Made by a program: the position numbers and the translations under genes
The notes under the pieces: generated by a model
Databases searched by the model: none
What the model saw: the letters and a program-made list of their open reading frames with translations, nothing else
Told to the model about the DNA's origin: nothing
Shown: piece after piece, positions 13,238 through 25,492 of the stretch
Position numbering within the stretch: position 1 is the first letter of the stretch
How the letters are laid out: every line of letters starts with the position of its first letter
NCBI RefSeq assembly: GCF_018977255.1
Contig: NW_024704743.1
Location: 76,200,001-76,260,000, forward strand
Length of the DNA stretch: 60,000 bases
DNA from: Callorhinchus milii
Taxonomy: Eukaryota
Direction: 5' to 3'

Positions 13238-14195
13238 CAACAAAAACAACAACAAAATTACATTTGTAAAAAGCCTTTCACGTCGGGAGGATGTCCCAAG
13301 GCGCTGGACAGACAGAGTTAGGGACCCGAGCAGGGGGCCGGTGAGGGTGGAGGGCAGGGAGGGAAACAGGGAGATCGAAAAAAGGGGGAAAGAAGAGGGT
13401 CTTGAGATGGGTCTGGAAGGTGGCAAGGGACAGGGTGAGACAGAGGGATTGCAGGATGGAATTCCAGAGGGTGGGGGCAGAGTGGTGGAAGGTCTGCCTG
13501 CCAATGGTGGGGGAGCGACGCGGGGGACCTGAAGCAGGCCGGAGCCCACTGAGCGGAGGGAGTGAGCAGGATGGTAGGGGGTTAGGAGTTCGCAGAGGTA
13601 GGGGGAGCAAAACGGTGGAGGACTTTGAAGGTGATGACCAGGATCTTGAATTGTATCCTAAGTGTGATGGGAAGCCAGTGGAGTTAGGCAAGGATGGAGG
13701 TGATAGAGTCGCAGAGCCTAGTGCGGGAGAGGACCAAGACTGCAGAGTTCTGGATGATCTGCAGCCTGTGGAGGGAAGAGTTGGGAAGGCCGAGAAGGCA
13801 TGTATGAGGGTTTCGGCAGCCTGCGGCATGAGACAGTGGCAGAGCCGGATGACATTGCGGAGGTGGGAGAAGGCAGAGCGGGTCATGGCACATATGTGGG
13901 GTAGAGAAGATAGTAGAAGGTCAAACAAGACCCCAAAGTTCCGGACTGGCTTAGCAAGGCAGAGTGTGCAACCATGGATGGTGATGCTGTCAGAGCCTGA
14001 GGTGAGGAGGCGCTGACGGGAGCCAATCAGGAGAGCCTCGGTCTTGTTGACGTTCAACTGAAGAAAGTTAGCTCTCATCCAGGACTTGATGTCTGACAGA
14101 CATTCAGTCAGGATAGCAGTTGTCCTGGAGTCAAGGTGGAGGCAAAGCGGTAGAGTTAGGTGTCATCCGCATACATGTGGAAGTTGACCCCATGT
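13238..14195 (-). mobile_element. L2-clade LINE 3' fragment (RT C-terminus), decayed
   Basis: Minus strand reads FHMYADDT and WMRANFLQLNVNKTEALLIGS...AETLIHAF with frameshifts; (ttg)n tail. Confidence 0.9.
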
Positions 14196-14604
14196 TTTTA
14201 TCAGATGTTTTAATAACTCATTCAAAGCACTGCACCTCTGACAGTGCTCCCAGCACAGCACTGAATTATCAGACAAATGAGGAGGAATTCCACCTGGAGC
14301 TAGATTTATTCTCTAGCCTTTCAGAGGATCCACAATTTGGCAAATTCCTTTACTTTGAAACCAAATTTATAAGTTATTTACGAACGTTAAAAAAAAAGCT
14401 TCAAAGTTAAATATCCTCTGCAGTGACTCATGATTTGAAGTACTGAATCAAGATTAAGTTTAAAGGCAAAATAAGCATACCACTGCATGCAAGTACATGT
14501 CTTAATTCCTGTCATACCATTATTTTGCAGCACCTTCTAATGTTATTCTGCCCATAGAATCAAAACCTCTACAATTGTATCAAAGGGATCCATAGTTATT
14601 ATTA

Positions 14605-15010
14605 TTAATAATAATCCTTACATTTGATATAGTGCCTTTCATGTTGGTAGGTCATTTCAAAGCACTTCACAAGATATACTGGAAACTGTAATGACTGTAT
14701 TTTATAGGCAAACACAGAGGCTAATTTTCACATAGCAATGTCCCACAAACAGCCATAAAGTAAATGACCATTTCTTTTGAGAGATTCTTTGACAGGACAA
14801 CAGGAGAAACTTCCTTCTCTTTTCAAACAGTGCCATAAATTCTTTAGCATCTACTGAACAGGCAGACGGGCCTTGGCTTAACATTTCATACGAAGAACAA
14901 CACCTCCAGCAATGTGATACTGGACATGTCAGTTCCAAGTCCCGTTAAGGGGCTTGTACCCACAACCTTTTGACTCGGAGCTAAGTGTTTCACCATATGA
15001 ACCAGGCAGA
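14605..15010 (-). mobile_element. Deu-domain SINE, decayed
   Basis: Same core and head in reverse, with (TAA)n tail at the left end. Confidence 0.7.
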
Positions 15011-15194
15011 AATGTGCATCTAATGACCACATCTTAGTTCTTTAGACTGACTGAGGTTTGTACTTGAATTAGGAACCCACCTGCTAGCAAAGACCTCAAA
15101 GAGTCAGTTCCAAAGATGTTAATTTAGTGCTGGCTGTCAAACCTGCTGAATTAAATGAGTGTGAAGCGAGATGAAAAAGTGACGCAGTACTTAC

Positions 15195-15393
15195 CGTGAG
15201 TGGAGCTCATAGCACATGATGAGCAGCTCCTGGTTGAGTGGAAGCTGTGGGCACGAACATGAGGAGTTTGTGACAAGGGCCACATGAGCATGTGGAATGG
15301 GTCTCAATGACTTAAGAGTCTCCTTCACCTCCACCACGTTAGTGATTTCATTGCAGCCACTTCTGCTCACATCTTTTACTCTGGCCCGGATAA
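15195..15393 (-). CDS. SFRP4: SFRP4 coding exon 4 (NTR domain)
   Basis: cttcag acceptor and gtaagt donor; 199 bp, phase 1-2. Encodes (V)IRARVKDVSRSGCNEITNVVEVKETLKSLRPIPHAHVALVTNSSCSCPQLPLNQELLIMCYELHS(R), matching the SFRP4 RSGCNEV, TNSSCQCP and LIMCYE motifs. Confidence 0.96.
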
Positions 15394-16029
15394 CTGAAGT
15401 GAAGATTAAAAAGAGGGTAAAGTCTAAAGCCCTCTCGAAGAAAGAAAGGCATTCCTATCATCCTTCTGTTAAAGGAGAAGCAGCTGGGTGGTGTAATATT
15501 GTTGTTCTTAAGATTTCAATTGTGTATTTCACCTTGAGAAATGTCTGTGAAAGTAATAAACTGCTTTATCTGCAGCTGGCATTATCTAATACTGGTGAAG
15601 TGGTCCATTCCAGGATGAGTAATAGTAAAGAAGTTTACCTGTAATAAACGTCTCCAGAAACAAACTGTTGACAACGAGAATAACTCTATTTTGTCTGTGA
15701 ATTAGTCTCTGTCTTTTGTTCCTCTCTGTGTGCTTTTTTGCCTTTCCTTCACTACCTGTTAATTTCCTCCTCTCTTTCCCTATCCCGTCTACCTGTTGCA
15801 ATGATCCAGCCATTCCCTTCACTCAGCGATAACTGGCCTGTTTCTCCGTAATCTCCCCATCACCAGCAAGCAGGCTTCCAGCCATTCTACCTTGCTCTCT
15901 CCCTCCCCTAATTCAAGACACATCTCAAAATGTACCTGTTTTATCGAGTTTTCAGTCACCTTTCCCCTCCCACCCCCTTGGCTGCCATTCACTTTGGCTC
16001 CCACTCCCAGTTCGTGTGCCTTACCAGCG

Positions 16030-16402
16030 TTGTGCAGTTCTGTAGCTTAGTGGTTAGAGCACTTGCCTCGCAAGCGAGAGGACCTGGGTTCAATCCCAGG
16101 AGGGGAAAAACGTTAGGGAAGTTTCCTAACTCGCTTCTGCTTAGCAGTAAGTAGGAACCCAGTTGTTAGTTGATTGGGGGATTGGTTTTCCAAGGGTAAT
16201 AATCCCTTCAAAAAAAATTTTAAATAATAATAATTTGGTCATTCAATCCACGACTGGTTGTGGTACTCTGCTGTGTGTAATTGACTGCCGCATTCCATCC
16301 ACAAAATATACAGTCAGTTAGTTCACTGTGAAACTCTTTGAGACATCTGGAAGACGTGATAAGGTGCTATATCAAATGCAAGGATTATTACTATTATTAT
16401 TG
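16030..16402 (+). mobile_element. tRNA-derived SINE, older copy of the same family
   Basis: ctgtagcttagtggttagagcac...gggttcaatccc head and the same 3' tail. Confidence 0.85.
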
Positions 16403-16927
16403 TTAAGGACTTTGAGACAGCCTCCCAATGTGAAAGATGCTCTTTGAATGTAAATTGTATGTGCATTGCTCTTAAAAATGACAGGCGCTGGTACCACGTC
16501 CTGCATGGTGCACATGTAAACAGTTTACAAGAAACATTGCTGATATCAGTGGAGCTAGTTTGCCTGATTGCCTGATACCATGCGTTTCTTGTTAGATCTC
16601 CTGATAGTAATAATCCTTGCATTTGATATAGCGCCTTTAGATTGAGTGACCAACTTATTATTATCATTTTTTTAAAAATTAGTATCTGGGGATGAGAAAG
16701 TGATAGGAAGCAGGAGAGTGGTGCTCAGGTAAGGGAGAGGTGTGGATGATTTTTTACATTGAGAGAGACACAAATACTTTTTTTTAATTGTATGTGGGTG
16801 GAGAGGAGGATTCTTTTTGGCAATAATTACTCTAAGTCTTTAGGAATGGTTTAAAAGTGGGGGCTTAAATACTGTATAATTCTTCGCTTTGTGCAAGTGG
16901 ATGTTTCTCTGTGACTTTCAGGCCTCC

Positions 16928-17490
16928 ACAACAATAACAACTTGCATTTATATAGCACCTCTCACACAGGGTAGCGTCCCAGTGTGCTTGACAGTGGCAG
17001 AGCACGATGCCGAGCCAGGGGGAGGGGGGAGGTAACCGTAAGCACGGTTGAAGATGAAACTGTTCAGGCATGATCTGAAGATGGGAAAGGAAAGGGCAAG
17101 GCAGACGGATAGAGGAAGAGTGTTCCAGAGTTTCGGTGCATGAAAACGTTACTAATGGTGGAACAGAGGGCACGAGGGACATACAGAAGGCCGGAGGCAG
17201 TCAAGCGGAGGCAGCGGATAGTGGGTTGGGGAGTAAGCAGGTCGGAGAAATAGGGAGATGCCAGGGCATGAAAGGATTTTGAAAATGAGTGTGAGGATTT
17301 TGAAATGAATCCGTTCTGTGAAAGGGGAGCCAGTGTAGTCTGGCTAGAACTGGTGTGATAGGGGTATGGAGTTTAGTACGGGTGAGTATGTGGGCGACGG
17401 AGTTTTGGATCAGCTGGATTTTGTGGCTTGTGGAACTTAGCAGACCGGCGAGAATTTGAAAAGTCGAGGCAGGATTACAGCAGAAATGTG
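16928..17490 (-). mobile_element. L2 LINE 3' fragment
   Basis: IQLIQNS...TPVLARLHWLP motifs on the minus strand; gctatataaatgcaagttgtt tail. Confidence 0.8.
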
Positions 17491-18560
17491 TAATGGCTGT
17501 CTTTTGGGACTCAGATAAAGCCTGGAATTGGAAAAGAGGCTATTACATGATTTTTTGATGATAAACGTTGTTTTATGATTTCTCTAAACAATTTCCAGGA
17601 CATTTTTTTTACAAATGTAGAATACGTTATGCCTGCGTAATTCAAAATAACTTTTGACTCTACTTTTGTGACGTGCCTGACCACTAGAGGGGGAAATCTA
17701 AGACATGTTTTTTCACTCAAGTTGTAGTAAAGGCACCTGAGCAGAGTAGCAGGAGCTTTGCATCGAACTCCTACCATACCCGCCATCACTCCTCCCAATC
17801 CAGATCCTTGTGATCTCTCTGAGCGAGGTTGTCAAATAATTACAATCTTATATATAGGCGCCAAATTTAGAACCATTTTCAACTGTAGATTTGCAAATGG
17901 GAGGAATGAGGTAAAGACCGCCTGAAATTATGTCAATGTAGGAACTTACACCACCAACAACAACTTGCATTTATATAGCGCGACAACTAGCACAGAGCAC
18001 CTTAACAGCCAGGACAGAAAATGTTATTCTATTAGTTTGGGACCTAATTCAACTCCAAAAATGTATATTAAGGATGTCCACTGAAAGCACGGTCAAAAAG
18101 ATGGGTTTTGAGGAGCGTTTTTGAAAACAAGGAGAAAGAAAGTAAGGCAAAGAGATTATGGAATACAATTCTGGAGGGCAGGGGATTAGTGTCTTGAAGG
18201 TTTGGCCATCAAATGATGGAATGGGAGGAGTGAGGAACAAATAAGTGGAAGATACAGGCAGAAGAATAGGGCCGCAGACCATTCAAACATAGAAAGGAGA
18301 TAATGACAGGACAAAGATCTTAAAGTTGTTTTGCTTGGGTACTGGGAGCCTGGTGCAGAAAAGGCCCACGCGGTGTCAAATTTCTAGTTTGCACATCCAA
18401 TGTTGAGTATTATACTGTAATAGACAACGTTTGTCACTCTTATAAGACAGAGAGGCCAACAGTTTCATTTTTTTTCAGCATTTAATTTTTTAACCAAACA
18501 TACGTGTCTTCAATTTGACAATCAAACATTACATGACACTGGGTAATCATTATCACTTAC

Positions 18561-18626
18561 CATAGTTGTATTTTTTTTCCAAGTAAGTTTTCAACATCGG
18601 CTTAGTTGTTTTGCATTTACAACGAT
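18561..18626 (-). CDS. SFRP4: SFRP4 coding exon 3 (start of netrin-like NTR domain)
   Basis: ggcag acceptor and gtaagt donor; 66 bp, phase 1-1. Encodes (D)RCKCKTTKPMLKTYLEKKYNY, matching the SFRP3/4 RCKC..KPT...YL...Y.Y motif. Confidence 0.95.
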
Positions 18627-19440
18627 CTGCCAAAATATAGGATAAACCTTTAGATTCTAGTGCAAGGGGCATAAAAAACAGCACCGACTTCCTTCTCATT
18701 TTCTTTCAAGGAACCAGGGAAAGATGATTTCCCACCGATGGCAGTTTTAAACACTGACAAAATGAAACAAACTGCAAAAAGGCAATTAACAATCACCAAA
18801 TATTAGAAAACGATTCACACTGAATACAACTCACCCGAGCTCCCAGATGTATGCAACTTAGTTTCGTATTACAAAAGAAGTAATAAGATGTTCAATGCAC
18901 GTTAAAATTACAATGAATAAAAGGAGGGAGTGGATTCACCAAGGTCTGGGCATTATTCCATGATTCCGCCCGCAGTAACTGATACATGTCTTGATACATG
19001 TTTCTATCTCGATTGCTTTGTATTCAGTCGGAAGCAGATATCCCGTGTCTTTTGAAATGTTACATCCACCGCATCCTACTCGTTGGACAATATCTTATGC
19101 TACAATCCCCCACCACCACCACCACCACCACCCACGTCCGATTTCCCACTCTGCCATCTCCCAGCTTCTGCTATCAAGTTGCCCGAGTTTTTCTCACGGA
19201 GATAATGAAAGGCCAATTGAAAGCTGATCGCAGGATCAGTGGATAAAATCATGTTCGTCTTTTTGGGGTTGTTTGTGCGAAACAGGAAAAAAGAGGCAGC
19301 AACATCGTGTGCACCTTCCCCAGATAACGGGCAGACATCAAGATTAAATGATATGAAATGATATTGACTAAGGAAGAGGCGAGGAGACATTTAGGGAACA
19401 TCTAAAGACAGGTACTCTCTTGCTTTCTTGCACTGCTCAC

Positions 19441-19512
19441 CTGAATTCCAGCTCTTGCAGTCAGATGCTTCCATCACAACCATATCGCGTGTGAAATCCG
19501 TCCACTTGGCAT
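19441..19512 (-). CDS. SFRP4: SFRP4 coding exon 2 (CRD-NTR linker)
   Basis: ttccag acceptor and gtgagc donor; 72 bp, phase 1-1. Encodes (D)AKWTDFTRDMVVMEASDCKSWNS, resembling the SFRP4 linker DVKWIDITPDMMV...DCK. Confidence 0.92.
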
Positions 19513-20014
19513 CTGGAACTTTTGAGCACGATCATAAGGTCGTGTTAGCTTTTAAGAAAATAAACTCTCTTTTTTTTTTGCATAATAGCATAAATAATGC
19601 AACAATACGTGCAGTTCCCAACCAGCTCAGGGCCACGCCGATCTTACTTTCAAATAACATACATCGTTTCAAGCAAGTCGCGGCTACACGATGATCCTAA
19701 AAGAAATGGATCAGAAAATAACCGGCACAACCCCGCAGCGTGAGAAAGAGGGGGAGAATCGAATGAATGAATGAAACCCAAATGGTATGAATGGGATCGA
19801 ATGCACTCGATTTAATTTGTATTTTGCACGGCTGCAATCTGGGTCGAAAGAAGTTTTCGCTTTAAAACACAGCGTGGCTCATTGCCTGCGTGTTATTAAG
19901 TGATGGTCTCTTTCTGTGACGGGACGATTTCTCCCCTCATACTGTGCCAATCACAGTATCTCGCTTCAAACACCCCTCGGATTAACTGAACCAAAATAAT
20001 AATCTAATCCTCAC

Positions 20015-20456
20015 CTTCGGGTAAATCAGTCACAATTGCCTCGGGGGAGATGCAGACGCCTCGATCGTACACAGGTAAGTCGTCGCACGCCAGGCTCTCC
20101 GGCCAGTTATGGTTGTACTTTCTCATAATCGGTTCGCAACCCTCTTTTGCCCTCTGGCAAACCGACTTACAGGGCTTGATGGGGTCGTGCAGGAACTCAA
20201 GGGTGCAGATCGGAGCGTACATGGCACAGAGAAAGAAGCGGAGCAGTGGGCTGCAGTTGGTCCCTACTAGTTCCTCGTACTGTTCTATGGCGAGGATGGC
20301 ATTTTCCTGCGTGCTGTGATGGAGATGGTTGGGCATCCTGGTGATATTCCAGGGCATTGCCCTGCACATCGGGATCCTGACCCGCTCGCAGGGTGCCCCC
20401 AGCACCGAGCCGCCTGGAGCCAGCCACAAGCAGACGGCGGCAATCACTGGCAACAT
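20015..20456 (-). CDS. SFRP4: Secreted frizzled-related protein 4, coding exon 1 (signal peptide plus Frizzled cysteine-rich domain)
   Basis: ATG at 20456. Translation [12 protein letters not shown]...[43 protein letters not shown]...[24 protein letters not shown]...[17 protein letters not shown], with a 10-Cys CRD. QYEEL and [13 protein letters not shown] favour SFRP4 over FRZB, as does adjacency to EPDR1. Donor GAAG|GTGAGG, phase 1, 442 bp. Confidence 0.97.
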
Positions 20457-20539
20457 CTTGCAAGTGCTCAGCAGATCGCCAGGTCTGCCACACTATATAT
20501 ACTGTACACACACCTTTTTATATCAAAGTATTTTTTTTT

Positions 20540-20605
20540 GGGGGGGGGGGTGGGGGGTGGTGGTGGGTGGGGGGGTGGGGGGGGGGGGGGTGGTGGGTGG
20601 GGGGA
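20540..20605 (+). repeat. G-rich tract (G/GT runs) just upstream of the SFRP4 ATG
   Basis: About 65 nt of G runs separated by single T; G-quadruplex potential on the plus (template) strand. Confidence 0.85.
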
Positions 20606-21758
20606 GCAAATCACCGTGGGTGGAGATGACTATTCCGTTGCTTTGCTTTGCAAAGCGACCAATTATGGGCTGAGGAAGGAGCGAGTTGATGATAGTGAGA
20701 GGAGGCGATCTGGAGCAATCCGCTGCCAATCACATTGACGCGGCAGCAGCAGCGGCAGCGCCTGTGGCCATCGCAGGTCGTGATTTAACGGGCAATAAAA
20801 CACCCCACAACGGCAGACTGGGTCCCGCTCTCTTTTATATTTATTTTCTTGGCCACCCCGTCCTTTGGGTTTTTGTTTTTTTTACAGTGACCTCATTCCC
20901 ATCCGCTTTTAAATCTCATATCGCATTCACCTCGTCCTCGTTTCACCCACTTTTGAGTCAATGATTTTTTTTTTGCAAAAAGATCTACCAGCTCTGCCCT
21001 GCTCTGGAGTTGTTTTTTTTTGCAGCATAACCCTGATCAAAGAGGGAACGCTTACCGAATGGTGTAGGTGCTTTCGTGATTGTTTCGTCTTAAAGTTTAG
21101 ATACATATTTGTTCATTGCATCGTCTTAAAGTTTGGATAAAACGTGGGCAGTATGTTTGTTCGTTGCTGTAGATCTGTTGCTCGTTCTGTTATTTCATAC
21201 CATCGCCAGAAGGGGGCTAACTGGATTTTACTGTTTCTTTTCCCTTAACCTGGGATGGATAAAGTGGATCAAATGTTAAATGGTCTTTTTAGCGCCCCAC
21301 CACCCCTCTAATACGTGAAGGATCCTTTGTTGAGAGCAAAGATCTGCAGCTTCCAAACACGGAGGATCAGAATGAAAGACAACACATCTACAGGGGTTCA
21401 GCCAGAGAGAGAGAGAGAGAGAGATCGTTGCAGACTGTTGCTGAATGGTTCGAAACAGAATAGTTCAGTTAAACATTAAACCCGGTTTTGAGAGATGTGG
21501 GGCAACAGCGCTCGCCATAGTGAGGGACAATATAACAGGGCACGCAAAAGGAAATTGGACGGTTACCGCTGAAAGGCAGCAAAGTGCCGAAGTTAGGTCA
21601 GAATTTTGTTCAGTGAGTTGCATGAATGATGCATCAATGCAGAACAGCTACAAGCAACGGTCAGCAACTACTTTCACGTTGTCTGCGACGTTTGGATACC
21701 CGGTTATTTGGACAACGTTGGCCCAATGTCCCTGAAGGGCGTCAATCACAAATTCGAC

Positions 21759-21812
21759 CAATTGTACTTTTACTCTGAAATGCAATTGTACTTTTACTCT
21801 GAAATGCAATTG
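21759..21812 (+). repeat. Perfect 24-bp tandem duplication
   Basis: caattgtacttttactctgaaatg twice, followed by caattg. Confidence 0.95.
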
Positions 21813-22654
21813 GGTCAGTCATAATGATTCCGACTTGGTTCCTGAAGTTTTAATTTGAATAATACTTTGATAGATGTTTCATTTGGAATGTGTGCACTGT
21901 TTTATACCAAGTTACCAAAATTTATAGGGAAATTTGTACTGATGAAGCAATTCAGAATCTGCTCCAAGGATAATATCTAAGACATCAATAGATAGATCTC
22001 ATAAACCTAATAACAGTGCTTCAAATATGCAATAAAATAAAATAACGTTGCCCATGTTTATTTTATTTGAATGAACCCCTTTTAAGGATTTTGAAGCACT
22101 ATTACAAAGGCAATCACAATTTAACATTTTCAGAAAAGGAAGAAGTAACAAAGCACTACTAGTAATAATAATCCTTGCTTTTGATATGACGACTTACCAC
22201 ATCATTGAGACTTCTCAAAGCTCTTCACAGGATATATCGTCGAGCGGAGTGTCTATATTTTGTGGGCAAAACAGCAGTAGGCATTACAGATTTTCTTGGT
22301 GCAATGTACTCAAACATTGATTGTGCTCTAGTTTGCTCTGTAACACATGTCATTGTGTTTTTGCAAAATGACATTTTACCAAAGTGATTGAAGTCAAGGG
22401 GTGATCTAGAAAGATAGCTGACAATGGCACTGATATAATGACCTGAATGCTCAATTTCTGTGTGGAATGCTTCTTTGTCGTAATTGCCACTTAAATTAGT
22501 ACCAATAGCATATATTAATCAGGCTGAATCGATTAAAAATGGCAAATGGAATCCTAGGTTTTGTGAGGTAATGCTAAACTTATATAAATTGTTAGTTAGA
22601 CTGTAGTTAGAACATTATGTCTAGCTTTAGTCATCCCACTTTAGGAAGGATATC

Positions 22655-23252
22655 AACAACAACATGAATTTATATAGTGCTCTTCACGCAGGGTAACATC
22701 CCAGAGCGCTTGACATTCCCAGTCCAGTTGGGAATCTGACAACGTGGCAGGCGGAGAGTGAGGGGCGAGGTGACCGTAAGCACAATTAAAAAAAAGGTCT
22801 TTAGGCGGCATTTGAATGTGGAGAGGAATGGGACAAGGGGGAGGAGATAAAGAGAGAGAATTTCAGAGTTTCGGGGCTTAGTGGTTGAAGGCACGCAATG
22901 GTGGAGCAGAGGGGATGAGGGACAAATAGGAGGCCGGAGCCAGCCGAGCAGATGTAGAGCGTGGTGAAGATGAGGGTAAACAGGTTGGATAGGTAGGGTG
23001 GTGAGTGGGCATGAAGGGATTTGAAACGAGTGAGAGGATCTTGAATTTGATTTGTTCAGTAATTGGGAGCCAATGGAAATGGACAAGGACTGGTGTGATG
23101 GGGGTACGGAGTTTTGTGCCAGTGGGTATCTGGGCGGCTGAGTTTTGAATTCATTGTATTTTGTGTACGGTGGAGCTGGAGAGATCACCAAGGAGGGCAT
23201 TGGAATAGTCCAGTTGGGAAGTGACAAAGACGTGGATGAGGGTTTTGCCTGA
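22655..23252 (-). mobile_element. L2 LINE 3' fragment nested in a CR1 remnant
   Basis: L2 motifs (TLIHVFVTS) on the minus strand; plus-strand CR1 sequence at about 22555-22655 resumes at about 23260-23420. Confidence 0.8.
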
Positions 23253-25167
23253 AGGGTTCATCAAGACAAATGGGGTGCAGAAATTTACAAGGATGGTACC
23301 GTGGATAAGTAGTTTGCCCTATCAGTAGAGACTGGTGGAACTGGTATTTTTCCATTGGAACAAAAAAGGTTGAGGGGTGCCTTGATGGAGATCTTTAAAG
23401 TTATGAGGTGTTTTGATAGAAAACAGCATTAAGGACCATCAACTCAAACAAATCAACAATAGAAATATTTTAAAAATACATGTTACAGTGAACAGGTTTT
23501 TTTCTTTTCATATGTGACTTGCAAAGGGAACATCCCTTCAGGTTGACTGTATACAATAAAAAATTACATTTGTAAAGCGCCTTTCACATCGGGAGGACAT
23601 CCCAAGGCGCTGAACAGTCAGGGATTAGGACCCGAGCTGGGGGTGGGGTGGGGTCAGGGGTCGGAATCAGGGACAGTGGAGGGCAGAGAGGGTGGCCAAA
23701 GGCACGGTCAAAGAGGAGGGTCTTGAGGTGTGCGTTGAAGGAGGCAAGGGAGGGAGTGAGGCGAAGGGTATGTGGGATGGGGTACCAGAGGGTGGGGGCA
23801 GAGAGGCTGAAGGCCTGACTTCCGATGACTATGGTTTTTTTCTACAGAGGTTTCTCTACATTATCTGTTTATATGTAATTGTGTTACATTTTTTTCTGAG
23901 AGATTTGGCAGACCCACCCACCAGCTACCAACACATTCATGGAACAGTCAACCAAACTAACAAACTGAAATATTGTAAGTGTTGTTTTGGTCAGCTAGGG
24001 ATCTGACACATAGGAAAATCCAATTATCATGTTTAAGAGAATCCAAACCAATTTTCCTGTGCCTGGATTAGGATGTGCATTCTTTCATTTAAGTGATAGG
24101 TAGGTCTGAGGTCAACGAAAACACCAATTTTGTACTTGTAGGATTTTAAAATAACTTATGGCTTTAAATTTTGTATGTGTATATTACATAATATGGACAC
24201 ATTGTTTTACATACACTGAATATCAATTATATGAAAGCATTTTTGCAGAAAGAATAATACAGTATATGCAAAATCTGCATATCAGACAATTTATTTTACA
24301 CCTCTCTATACAGCACTTGGATTTTTAATGCAAACTATAAACATTAAATTTATATCTGTGTCAACATATTACACAATGGATACAGATAGATATCGAATAC
24401 ATACGCCATCTGTCTACGTATGTGTATCTGAGGTTATGTGCACACTTAATGCCTCGACATTGTGTGATATGTGAGCATTTTTGGAACACAATCTGTTAAT
24501 AATAATCCCTGCATTTGATATAGTGCCTTTCACAACAGGAGGATGTCTCAAAGTGATTCACATGACATGACTTTAAATAATAAATAATCCCTTTATTTGA
24601 TGGGAGAGCCTTTCAGGTTGGGAGAGTTTCTCTAAGCAATTCCACATAGTGTAGTGACTGTTTATTTTGCTTGATCTATGTACATAAGCATCTTTTGGAC
24701 CTATGTGCATGTGTAACATCAAGAGACTCAACATCTTGTAACATGCGCGCATTTTCCAAACACGCCACATATATTACATCCTCGACCCTCAGTCCATATG
24801 TGCTCAGCATCCAGTGGAATGCATCTGTGCAAACCTCTAGGCAGAACTAGCTTGTGAGGGCAATGGTGTTTCCAAAAAAAATATTAATCACAAGTCTTAA
24901 AATAAATAACCTTGGGATAAAGCTCGTGTTTTTTAAAGCAAAAAAGGAGGCAGTGGGTCGATTGCACCCCAACCCCCCCCCGAATTCCCATACTTTGCAC
25001 CCTACGTGCAGGGTGTGTGTGTGTGTGTGGTCAGGGTGTCCACAAATTAAAATGCATTTGCAGCCCAAAGTCAACCAAACACCACAGCCCAAAGCGTTGC
25101 CTCCTCCCGAAGTGGCCGATCCAGGTTTTGGTGCTTTTGAAACTGGGTAAGAAAAGGTCTTCAAAGG

Positions 25168-25492
25168 AGAGAGAGAGAGAGGGAGAGAGAGAGAGAAAAA
25201 AAAACGGGTTTCGCAGGTTTAAATCAAAAATGCATAAATCAGGCACCCACCCAAAGCACAGTTCAGCAAAAAAACACACACACACACATACACACACACC
25301 CAACGGAGCAACACTGCGAGCAGCGCTCCTGCCCTCCCCCCCCCACCCCCCGCAGCGCAGATGTGGGCGGATTTTGGGGCGGGTCCGCGGCCAATTCGGG
25401 CGCTTTTTTTGTTGCGGTAGCGCGGGCAGCGCTTTTCGGGCGTGTGCCCGATTTAATGTATGTGTGTATGTATGTGTGTGTGTGTGTGTGTG
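25168..25492. repeat. Cluster of (GA)n, (CA)n and (TG)n microsatellites upstream of EPDR1
   Basis: GA run 25168-25195, CA run 25274-25298, TG run about 25460-25492. Confidence 0.9.

Larger units (their letters stand above)
19650..20950. promoter_or_regulatory. CpG-rich region over the SFRP4 5' end, with two candidate TATA boxes
   Basis: Visibly raised CpG density. Minus-strand TATAAAA at 20516-20522 and 20833-20839; CCAAT motifs near 20660 and 20726. Boundaries approximate. Confidence 0.6.

Noticed and set aside
13208..14078. Long ORFs of 100-266 aa on both strands
   Set aside because: Frameshifted L2 reverse-transcriptase remnants and their antisense shadows, not host genes.
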